From NCBI RefSeq assembly GCF_041146345.1, contig NW_027191415.1:682001-746000 (forward strand): a stretch of 64,000 nucleotides of DNA, written 5' to 3'. This document shows, piece by piece, positions 12,566 to 23,994 of this stretch. The notes beneath the pieces were generated by a model, which was not told where the DNA came from, searched no databases, and saw only the letters and a program-made list of their open reading frames with translations. Each line of letters starts with the position of its first letter. Positions within the stretch are counted from its first letter, which is position 1. A program made the translations under genes and the position numbers. This stretch comes from Neodothiora populina (Eukaryota).

Positions 12566-14131
12566 CTAGTCGGTCTTCTCTGCGAAGCCGTGTGCTTCTA
12601 GTTCTGTGCTGTCCAGGCTGGGCGTGGGCGGTGCTGCCTGTGCGACTTTCTCTCGGATGTCATCGAGGTTTTTGAATGCCGAGGGGTTTGCTTTGGGTTG
12701 TCCTGGTCCTTCTGCTTTGAATTGATAGCCGCGTACCCTTGCAAGTGTCAGTATACGTGAAGTGAGCGATGGAAGAAGCAGTGAAGATGTACCTCGGTCC
12801 TTGACCTGTCTTTGCTGGCAAATCGGACTCGTAGAAGCGATGGAAAGCCGCCGTGTCTTCCTCTAGAGAGTCACGCGCGATGCTGTTTCGGATGCCGTCG
12901 AAGAAAAGGTCCATGACGTGATGGTTGTGGATCTGTAGTAGTACCCAGCCCAGCATCTCCTTGGCCATGAGTAGATGCTGTAGATACGCCTTGTGGTGAT
13001 TGGTGCATGCGTAGCAGAAACAGCCTGGGCTTAATGGAGTAAGGCTTGTAGCATTCGAGGGATCCCACATGTCAACACCCAGGGGCTGTGGGACTTGACG
13101 GTGGATGCCTTCATCCCCCTTAACAGGAAAGCTAAAGTCGAAAGCAATGCCTGCGTCGGTCACGGCGCCAATGAAGGGAACGGTCAAAATGTCCATGCCC
13201 AAGGACACCTCGCGCAGGACAGCATTGGGGTTCTTCGGTTCGGTGAAACCAAGACGTGGGAGTTCACCGAAGTGAGTGGGAAGGGTATCGAGTGTAGTGG
13301 TGTCATAGAGTGCCAGGCCGTCGTAGTCACCCTTCAGCTCGTCCATCAGCTCATCTAGATACCACCTCTGTGCCTCTACGGAGATTGGTAGTATAGGAGC
13401 GTAAAGCAATGGTCCTGTTGCATCGCCAGCCGTCTTGTCCTCCTTCCTCGCCTTGACCTGTTCCCGCATCCATAGCGTACTGCGATCAGTAATCTTGTCG
13501 ATCTTCTTCTTCGGGACCTTGTCAGCGCCATAAGGCACATCGCCTAGTCCCACCACGATGTCAGGTCGCAATCTTGCTGCCGCCCTGCTGTATTCCTGGC
13601 ATTCGAGGTGACGGTAGCCAACCGAGGTCAGAACGGGGATAGACTTGAGAGTGCTGGGAGTGGGACACGAGATAGGTGGTGTCCTTCTAGGTCCCAAGAC
13701 GAGAAGACTATCGTCAGGCAGTCCAGTGAAGCGTCGCAAAGGAGAGCTATCGTCTGGGGGAGTATATTTGTATATCGGTGGTTCCTTGAACGATTTTCTC
13801 TCTATAACTTAATATACTTTGTAAGCGGTCTTGTCAGCTCGCCCAATGCGTGCAGAAGACATGGAAGAGCACCCGACTCACAATCTTCCAAGGCCATGTA
13901 TACACCGCGGATATCAGTCTGCGAGGCATAGTTGTCAGGCGACAAGTGCGGCACCACTCCTCGCGAGGCCACAGCGATATAGTGAGGCGTCTGGATGGAC
14001 TTGCGATCAGGCAGTCTCAACAAGCCCAGCCTCGCCGCATTTCGCGACGAGTGGATGTTCTTGATGCTGAATATCTTGCCGTCCCGTGGCGACTCGATAT
14101 TGAGTCCATCAATAGTAGGCATGTCTGCCAT
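12566..14131 (-). CDS. QTRT2: Queuine tRNA-ribosyltransferase accessory subunit 2 (TGT family), exons 14131-13882, 13807-12793, 12737-12566
   Basis: ARLGLL...IQTPHYIAVASRGVVPHLSPD, a zinc site CFCYAC...HHKAYLQHLLMAKEMLGWVLLQIHNHH, and a C-terminal GQGPRVRGYQF formed after splicing. Confidence 0.88.
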
Positions 14132-14305
14132 TGTGCACTTGCAGAGCCCGACAAAACAATGCGATTCATGTCAGGACATTTCCGCCAAGATTGACGTGCC
14201 GCGCTCGCGTCGCCTTCTTTCGTAACCTTTAATGTATACAGATGATGTTCCTTTCTAACCATTTACTCTCGCATTGCAATAATAGCGCATTAATTCATAA
14301 CCATC

Positions 14306-15062
14306 ATGGCACGCGGGAAATTGATCGTATTCGAGGGGCTCGACAGAGCTGGTAAATCGACACAATGCGAGCGCTTAGTACAGCATTTCGAAGGCAATGG
14401 CATTCCAATCAAACACCAACGCTTCCCTGGTAATTGCAGCGTGTTGACATGGTGAGCTTGATGGATGCTTACAAGTTCCTTCAGATAGGACAACACCCAT
14501 CGGTCAAATGATTGATAATTATTTGCGCGGACAGAGTGAGCAAGAAGATCATGTCATTCATCTTCTATTCTCGGCCAATAGGTGGGAGGCTGCGTATGTA
14601 TATATTTTACCCATTTCGCCACCTTCCTACTAACGTAATAACAGCGCAGCCATTAGAGCAGCTATTACCGTTGGAACTACCGTGATAATCGACCGCTACT
14701 ACTACTCTGGCTGCGTATACACTGCAGCCAAGCAGAGTCCAGGCCTTGATCTTGCATGGTGCCGGCATCCCGAGGAGGGTCTCCCTCGTCCAGATCTCTG
14801 CGTGTTTCTGGACATCTCCGCCGAAGATGCTGCAAAACGAGGCGGCTGGGGTGACGAACGCTATGAGAAACGCGAGCTGCAAGATCGCGTGCGTCGGTTA
14901 TTCACTGACATCCGCGCGAGTTCGGATGGTGCTGACTTTGTAACAATTAATGCTGGCCAATCGCTAGATGAGGTGGAGTCAGAGATCCGAAAGCAGGTTG
15001 AAGCCTGCATCCAGAAGGTTGACCGCGAAGATGGCCCGCTCAGAAACGTCCTCCCATGGTGA
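14306..15062 (+). CDS. CDC8: Thymidylate kinase (exons 14306-14429, 14485-14593, 14645-15062)
   Basis: MARGKLIVFEGLDRAGKSTQ P-loop, RFPDRTTPIG, HLLFSANRWE, IDRYYYSG, PRPDL and ERYE motifs; canonical introns. Confidence 0.95.
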
Positions 15063-15189
15063 ACCTAGTCGTCCTTGCGACTTGTCTGACCGAAAAAGGA
15101 TTTTTAAGCTAGATTACCACAATCCTGGAGAGGTGTTGATGGCTCCACGATTGAAAAGCGGTGCTTCTGCATCGCCTGTATCGCTGGAT

Positions 15190-16511
15190 TTACGCAACGA
15201 TCTCGGCTTCGTCCCAATCGCTATCCTCGATGACTATTTCTTCCTTGCGATTATGAGGCTTGTGACTGACACCCACATTCGTTGAGTCTCGCTTCCTTCC
15301 TTGACTAGACGCTTCGAGGGGATGTGGAGGGATGTCATCGACGTCGTGCCAGTCAACACTGTCTCGACTCGACTGTGTCGCACCAGCTTCCTGTGAAACC
15401 AGGGGCATCGCAGGAGCCAGGTGGTCGGTATCATTCTCACTTTCTTCTGCGGCTGTGTCGTACGCGCAAGCATCTGGCTCGATTGCTTGCAGAGCACCAA
15501 CTTTCTTGCCATTTCGGCGCTCCTTGAACAACTCGACGATTTCCTTCTCTCCACGCATGCGGACACTGAGGACTTTGACGAGTGCTTCCCACCGAAGCGC
15601 GGTTTTGCAAGTAGGACAATGACCTTGGGTCGGAACAATGGCGGCCCGGTCAAGCTCGGTGGATAGAAAGTGATTCGAGAGACACGCCATGTGGAAAACA
15701 CTTTTGCATTCGTCCTTGCTGCAGACTAGCAACAGTGAACTCGTCGGCTCGGCCTTTTTCTTACACACTGCGCACTCGTTGCCAGGGTTGGTCAACAGTA
15801 TACGGCTCTTCTCTATAAGTGACTTCATAGGTTGGAATGTAACGTCAAGGGCAGAGATTCCCACATTCTGTTGTACGTTCTCACCAGGACCATGAACAGG
15901 CTCATTAAGCTCCAGCGCAATCTTGATCCCAGGGCGAACCTTCTCAGACGTCTTCGAGATCCATCGTTCCCAATACTTGAATACGTCCGGAGCAAAGAAC
16001 TTGACCTCGAGAGGCCAACGTTCGAAAGACTTAGCTCGCAGTAGAATATGAAGGTTAGCGAGCTTGTCGGTCAAAGATACTCTAGGCCTTCCAGGGCGCT
16101 TACGAGTTCGCCCTGTTTTGGAAGACGTCCGCTGTTGTGTTTGAGTTATGCGATCCTCGACTGCGATATGTCTCGTCAAGTGAGTGTTTTGCCAGGCCCA
16201 TCTGAAGTGGCGTTAGATGTGAGATGCGCGAATGTGTACAAGACTCTGCAAGTTTTTGCTGCTGGTAGCAGTCATTTGACTCACTCGAATTGTAGAGCGG
16301 CAATCTTTGAAGGGAAGCCAGTGACAAGGCATGTCATCTCCCAAGGCCTGAGACTGTCCCTCGAGGTTCGCACTGCTCCACCTTTCGCCAGACCATTATG
16401 TTGCTTCAAGCGACGGACAGGATTCGGCGTGCTTCCGACATAGAGATTCTGATGTCTCACGGTGGAACGCAAGAGATAGCATGCATAGAAGGGAGGAATG
16501 ACACGGTCCAT
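15190..16511 (-). CDS. SLX1: Structure-specific endonuclease subunit Slx1 (GIY-YIG plus C-terminal RING/PHD-like finger); intron 16284-16202
   Basis: FYACYLLRS...[18 protein letters not shown]...GGAVRT...RPWEM...ALQFEWAWQN, followed by a CxxC...CxxxxC...HxxC...CPxC finger. Confidence 0.95.
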
Positions 16512-17640
16512 TCCTGACTAAACCTCACGAGACGCAGTACTACTTGCTGCTGGGTCGCTAAAGAGAAGAGGCAGCATTGCACCAACGACTATACCCACGT
16601 TGACTCGTTTCTCCTTTTGTCACAACAATAATACGGGGTCTGCCTGTCAAGCGAGCAGGGCGTGGGGATTGAAGTCAGAACAAGGTCACGGACGCAGCAA
16701 CTGGATTGGCTGATTTCCAGCGGGCCGGCGCAGGATGACGAGATTGCCGATCTGACAGCCACGAATGTGCAGTTCTGGAAGTGCCAAGACAATGTATCTA
16801 TTGCTAATGCATGCGGCTGCGAATCCACCCAGTGCATCCGTCGCAAACCCTTGGTGGAACGGTCGACGACAAGTATCAGGCCCAGGCATACGGTATCACA
16901 TGTATTTGCAATAAGGTAGTTATAAGGTCACTGGGAGGAACAGATGCACACTGCTGGACTGAACCTCTGGTTCCTGATCGTCAGTGTTGACGAAGAAAAG
17001 TCGAGTCATGTCAAGGTAAGATATATAGACAAAGGAGAATATTGCGCATCCGTTTCCACCGCGGCATGTGTGCAGTACAGTATGCTACCTACCTGTGATA
17101 TAAAATAACCCACTTCAGCAGCACCTGGCGTGACTGAATTGGCGCTAGTGCCGGCGTGCGGCTGCCATCGCCGCAAAGCGCCACTTGCCCTGGAGAGCTT
17201 CCAGTTCGCTTCGTTCCCCTCGGGTCGATAGTCCTTTCCACATCTTGCCCCAAGATTCAGAGTGAGTTGCACTTTGACGTGGCATCCATGTGACTTCCTA
17301 TCTTGCACCACCCATCGAGGAGAACAGGCAGGTGCGGAAGAAGACTCTGCTCGACCGACCCCAATCTCCTCCATCGCCCTATACTTGTCTTTATCACTTG
17401 CTGCCGACCTGTTTCTGACCCCGATATACGCGGAATAGCGAGCCTCCTCCGTACCGATCCCGAGATCATACCGATACAGTTACTCCTTCCCCGGCCGACT
17501 CGTAGCGCACTCTATTTCCATACCCACCCTTCTGCTCTTGGTCACGATAATTCCACGACGCTCGCCTTGTCGTTCCGACTCTGTTCATACCCTGCTGATA
17601 CCAGGCGTGGCTGTTGTGCGCGCACAGCTCAGCCTCCGCC

Positions 17641-20600
17641 ATGGTAGTTCCACCAAGTAGCGGAGGGGCTACCGCTGCCTCGAATCTTGCTCGTCCAGCA
17701 TCGAATACACCGACCGCATCCGCGACGAAAACCAAAGCCTCTGCGAATGCCTCTAATGCTGCGACGCCTTCGCATCAAAACCATGTACCAATTCCTTTGA
17801 GCTCCCGTCGCTCTGCCCCTCTGAATCTGGATACAGTCGAACGCAGAGGTCACAAGACCGCTGCGCCGGAGACCACAAAGAGTAACAGGTTGCACAATAT
17901 CCCCGAGGCTCCTACATTCAGACCCACCGAGGAAGAGTTCAAGGATCCCATGGAATATATGCGAAAGATCGCCCCAGAAGGTGCAAAGTACGGAATCGCA
18001 AAGATCATTCCTCCGCCGGGATGGAATCCGACCTTCGCCATTGACACAGAGGTAAGCAGGCAAAACAAATTGCGTGTACGGATACTGATGTTGTCCATCA
18101 GCGATTTCATTTCCGCGTAAGGCGGCAGGAGTTAAACTCTGTCGAAGGAGGTATGTCCCATTTTCCTATTCCCAACAGGCACACAGTGTATCCTGATCAT
18201 AGCGATAAAGGCACCCGTGCGAACCTGAATTACCTGGATCAGCTGTCAAAATTTCATAGACAACATGGAAACAATCTGAACCGCTTTCCTAGCGTCGACA
18301 AGCGACCACTCGATTTATATAAACTCAAGAAAGCCGTAGAGGCTAGAGGTGGATTCGAGAGGGTTTGCAAGTACAAAAAATGGGCAGAGATTGGCCGTGA
18401 TCTTGGCTACAGTGGCAAGATCATGTCTTCGCTCTCTACCTCGCTCAAAAACTCATATCAAAGATGGCTCCACCCATATGAGGAGTATCTTCGAGTGGCA
18501 AAACCTGGTGTGCAGCATCAATTAGAGCTTGAAAATGGCGGTCCTTTTACCCCTTCTCCCGGTGCTTCACCGCCAAAGAGATCACAGCAGAGTACACCGA
18601 ATGGACAGGAACCGGCAATCCGAGCTTCAGCAGCCTTGAACGCAACACTCGGAAGCTTCAGCGCCAGTCCCAACGGGATCTCTTCTCCGAATCAACCTGC
18701 GCATCCTCCTCCGGCACGATCATCTGGGTTCACGCCTGTCAATTCCAGCGGCTTCACTGCTGTGAACTCGCAGCCATCTGGGTTTACATCTGTCAATGGC
18801 GCTGCTGCTTTTCACCTCACCAAAGAAAACAGCGCCACACCGCGACCGCATCTTGACAGCCCACATCTCTCTGCTCAGAAGACTCCGACTTTTCGAGCCA
18901 TGAATGCAGATGCTATAGGCTCAGGAAAGCGACCATTGAGTGATGCTGCAGATTCAGGTCCGAACGGAGATGCGGATTCTTCGGGCCGAAGAAGCAAAAG
19001 GCAGAAGAAAGACAATGCTCCGACCGTGGCAGGATCTCAAATGAACCAACCTAGAGTTTCAACGCCACGTTTCATACCTATGCACGACCGCAAGCACAAT
19101 CCTGGAGAGGCATGCGAGATGTGTGGCAAACCCGACGATGCGAGATCTCTGCTCTTGTGCGATAGTTGCGATTGCGGCTATCATCCATTTTGTCTGGAAC
19201 CTCCAGTAAAATCAAAGCCCGAGCACGATTGGCACTGCCCGCGCTGTCTTGTTGGCACTGGTGAGTTCGGATTCGAGGATGGAGAGGTTTACTCTCTCAA
19301 GCAGTTCCAAGAGCGGGCAAACCAGTTCAAGGAGAAGCATTTTGCCCATAAGCTGATATACGACCCTATTCTTAATGCTAAACGACCAGTAAGCGAGTAC
19401 GATGTTGAGCGCGAGTTCTGGAGACTAGTGGAGAGCATCACAGAGACAGTCGAGGTCGAGTACGGTGCGGATATCCATTCTACTACCCATGGCAGCGGAT
19501 TCACAACCATTGAGAAGCAACCACGCGACCCATATTCTACAGATCCATGGAATCTCAATGTTCTCCCTCTTTATGGAGAATCTCTTTTCAAGCATATCAA
19601 AACCGACATCTCTGGCATGACAGTCCCATGGCTCTATGTCGGCATGGTTTTCTCGACTTTCTGCTGGCACAACGAAGATCACTATGCTTACTCCGCCAAC
19701 TACCAACATATTGGAGCAACAAAGACCTGGTATGGCGTGCCTGGCGAAGATGCCGAGAAGTTCGAAAATGCGATGCGCGAAGCTGTACCGGAATTGTTCG
19801 AAGCCCAGCCAGATCTTCTTTTCCAGCTAGTGACTCTCATGCCTCCAGAGAAGCTAAAGAAAGCTGGAGTGCGAGTGTTCGCTCTTGATCAGCGAGCTGG
19901 TCAATTTGTCATTACTTTCCCACAGGCTTATCACGCTGGATTCAATCACGGCTTCAACGTCAATGAAGCCGTCAATTTCGCACCAGTGGACTGGGAGCCC
20001 TTTGGTGAAAGCGGAGTTCAACGACTAAAAGATTATCGACGACAGCCGTGTTTTAGCCACGATGAACTTCTGCTCACCGCCGCTGCACGCGATACCACCA
20101 TCAAGACTGCGAAGTGGCTTGCGCCAGCGCTCCAGAGACTTCTAGATAAAGAATTGAATACGCGACAATCATTTTTGGGACCGCCGCTCGCGAGTGGTGA
20201 AGGCGTCCCAGAGCCGTCGTATCGGGGCAAACGATATAGCAGGACTCCCGAAATCGATACTGAGGATCTCGAAGAGGAAGATTATATTTGCAGTTTCTGC
20301 AAGTGCTTCAGCTTCCTGTCACGTTATGTTTGCCGAAGATCCGGAAAGGTCATGTGTCTGTTGCATGCGGGCGCGTTCGAATGCTGTGATGCGGAGGAAT
20401 CCGCTCGCTATTCCAGTCCAGCAGGCGACCACGTGCTCTACCACCGCATGACCAATGACGCGCTTCAAACCACCGTGCAGAAGGTTGTTGACAGGTCTCG
20501 CGTTCCTGAAGCCTGGGCCGAGAAAGTAGACAAGCTACTTGATAACGAACCCCGACCTTCAGTGAAGTCGCTTCGCACACTTGTCAATGAGGGAGAGCGT

Positions 20601-23077
20601 ATACCTTGTCACTTGCCTCAGCTTGCTGAGTTGAAGCGCTTTGTCGACCGATGCAATGAGTGGATAGAGGAGGCATCCAATTACATCACCCGGAAACAAC
20701 AAAATCGCTTGAAGAGTACTAAGGCCGGTCGGAAGAGCTTTGCCAAGGCAGCTGAGGCTGAAGAGCGAGAGAAGGAGCTTCGCAACATTGACAACATCCG
20801 CAGTCTACTGGTTAGAGCCGATGAGATTTCCTTCGACTGTCCAGAGATAACAACCTTGCGAGAACGAGCTGATGCTATTACTGAATGGCAACGCGAAGCA
20901 AGGGAAGCCTTGACGACTTGGGTTGGTCGACCTACACAGCAATATGAAGACCTTTCAGAACGCGGCAAGAGTTTCAACGTTGACATTCTGGAGATCGAAA
21001 AGCTAGACAAGCTGGTACAGCGACTGAGGTGGAATGATACTGCCAACGAACGACGTGATCCGACTCTGACGCATCAAACCCTTAAGGAGGTTGGGGACTT
21101 CATCCAGCAAGGCCTGGAACTTGGCTTGCCAGAGAACGATCCGCATTTGATGCACTACCGGGAGATGCGACTACGCGGCGAAATGTGGGAGCAGAAGGCC
21201 ACCGAGATCATGAGTGTGGAGAATGTTCACTACCAGCAACTCGAGGCTCTTTCTAAACAAGCGGCGAGTCTTCCGGTAACGCCCGAGACTCTGGCTAAGG
21301 TTGATGCGATACTCAAGAAAAATCGCGAAGCACAAGAAAAGATTCTAGCTTTGTATCATCAGAGCCAAAGTCCGAACTTGCGCGACCGCCCGATGTACAA
21401 AGATGTCAGGGACGTCATGGCAGCGCTCGAAGAACTCAATAGCAAACCTGCCGGGACCATTGACTTGGAGAAAGAGCAGCGCCGTCATGAGGATTGGATG
21501 CGCCGCGGCAAAAAGCTCTTTGGCAAAGCAAATGCGCCGCTCCACATCTTACATCAGCACATGAACATTGTCAAAGAGCGTAATGATGCCTGCTTTGAGC
21601 TTCGAGACAAGCCACGCATGCCCGTTGAGCCCTCCTCCCGCGAACACACGCCTGAGCACGGCAAAGAGAGCAATGGAGATACTGATTCCTTCCCGGACGT
21701 GTTCTGCCTGTGTCGTAAACCTGAAGCCGGTATGATGATCGAATGTGAGCTATGTCACGAATGGTAAGCCGAACCCCCAATTCTCTTTCCCTGTGACTTG
21801 AATGATCTGACTTTCTCAGGTATCATGGTAAATGCTTGAAAATCGCCCGTGGTAAAGTCAAGGAGGATGACAAGTATACCTGCCCCGTCTGTGACTGGCG
21901 CGTCAAAATTCCACGAGATGCTGCCAGACCCAAGCTGGAAGACCTCCAACGCTGGCAAGACGAACTAGAGAATCTCCCATTCCAGCCAGAAGAAGAGGAG
22001 ACTCTGGCGAGCATCATCGACACTGCCCAGGCATTTCGTGATTCAATCCGCGGCTACTGCGGTCATTTTGGACTCACTGGAGAAGAGGTCACCAACCTTC
22101 GATTTTACTTACGCAAGGTGGAGGGAGCAGATATATTGCTCGCGAACGAGACAAACTTTCTTCGCCAGGAGTTGCATAAATGGGCGCCTGTCGCCCCCAA
22201 CCCTCCACCACTCATTATGGAGTCTGGCTCGACCCGTAAGCCCCGTCCCACGAAACAACAAAAGCTCATGGCAACGTTGGGCATAACCAATCCGGACGAC
22301 CTCCCACCTCAATACAAGATCAAGCCACCAAAGCGCAAGGGTAGCGAATCTTCCCACACCAAGCCAGCTCCTTTGCAACCTGCAGGATCTTCACCCATGT
22401 CACAAACTCCCGGCTCGGTGCAGACTGCCACACCTGGACCTGGTCCGAACCGGGTAGGCTTGCACCAGCCACCGTCAGCTCAGCATACTCCTTCGTTCAC
22501 GTATCCCCACTCTAGTCATCCTCCTGCTGGAGCGATCGGAACCAATGCATATGACTCGCCACTATTTGCGCCTACATCAGCATTTACACCACACGGAGCC
22601 TCCCAACTGCATCCACCTCATGGCCCGCTCTCTCAGGCTGCGCAGCCGTATCGTGAAGCAAATGTGTCGAGGTTCGAGAGCAGTACTGTCAACCCCGCGC
22701 ACTTCTCTCGCGACTCCCATCCGTTTGTACCACAAGCATCGCCGCCGCCTCCGCCAGCCTTTAGCGGCACCGGACTAAATCTCGATCCCGCTCTATTTGG
22801 ATCCAACGCAAACGGAACAATGTTCGACAAACGACCGGGATCCAGCGGAGGCAGTCCAGAGTTTGCGCACGATCAAGGCCACACTTTCGGCAGCAGCACG
22901 AACAGCAACGGTCATCTGGACTCGATCTTCGCAGACATGGTGCACGATGGCGACGAGCACGAGCACGCCACGCTGGGGCAAGACGGAGGGCTGGCGGGCG
23001 AGGCGTTTGCAGCGAGTGGACAAGAGACGGACGGCCGTGACGAGGAACGATTGGACGAATTTGTGCACAACACGTAG
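17641..23077 (+). CDS. KDM5/JARID1-family H3K4 demethylase (Lid2/KdmB-like): JmjN, ARID, PHD, JmjC, C5HC2, PLU-1, PHD
   Basis: JmjN APTFRPTEEEFKDP; ARID LDLYKLKKAVEARGG; PHD CEMC...CDSC...HPFC; JmjC WHNEDH...YHAGFNHG with Fe ligands intact; second PHD FCLCRKPEAGMMIECELCHEW|YHGKC. Introns lie near 18052-18101, 18151-18210 and 21764-21819. Confidence 0.95.
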
Positions 23078-23800
23078 TAGTATTGCGGGCAGGCGGAGAG
23101 CAGAAGAAGCAGATATCTGAAGTTTGATGAAGATGATGATGACACCACGATGAGGAGTATGGCTTAATAACGAAGTACCATGCTGCATCTGATTACATCG
23201 CAACCATCATCGTTGTTACAGTAGGCGGGCGCGCAGGGGCGTGAAGGGGGCGGTATAACGAACACAAGCATTCCAAAATATACCCCTGCCTCGCGCCAGA
23301 AGACGAGAGAACCCACAAAAAACATAGAAATGAACATTTCAAAAGCCTTCGGGGGGTCCAGGAACCAGGGGGATAGAGGAAGGACTTGGGCGACATCATG
23401 GTACGGAGATATGGGGTATATGGGGACAGGGTTATGGTGGACAGGGCTATTGCTGGAACTCGGGCACTTTGTACGAAAAAGAAGAAGAAGAAGAATAAGA
23501 ATCAGATGAGGAAGTATCGTGTATAGCGACCTGTATAGCGGAATGACTGCTGCTGCTGCTGCTGTGTCGTTGTTTTGCTGCTGTCGTTCACCTCGTACTC
23601 GGTCTCTTTGATTGTCTACTTGTTCTCGATTCTGTACTGATGATATTTGTACTGATGATGGTTCCTAGTCGTGTTGCCCCTTCTTCCTTTTATTCTTCTC
23701 ACTTGCTTGTAGATTTGGGAAAAAAGAACGAAATCGAAAAAGATCAGAGGGAAAAAGATGATAGAATGAGTAGTTTTCATGTGTCTTTTTCTATACCACT

Positions 23801-23887
23801 TTCTTCTTCTTCTTCTTCTTCTTCTTCTTCTTCTTCTTCTTCTTCTTCTTCTTCTTCTTCTTCTTCTTCTTCTTCTTCTTCTTCTTC
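23801..23887 (+). repeat. (TTC)29 microsatellite
   Basis: Uninterrupted 87-nt TTC run between the convergent KDM5 and CysRS 3' ends. Confidence 0.97.
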
Positions 23888-23994
23888 TACTACTTTGTTC
23901 TTCATTCTGGGGCGAAGCGGGAAAAACGCGAATACGACCCGAAGACTCCGTGGGTGGTATTCAAATAAGAAAGAAAAAACAGACGACACGACGA

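Noticed and set aside
15190..16511. GIY-YIG nuclease as a homing endonuclease or mobile element
   Set aside because: The motifs and C-terminal finger identify cellular Slx1, which has a spliceosomal intron.
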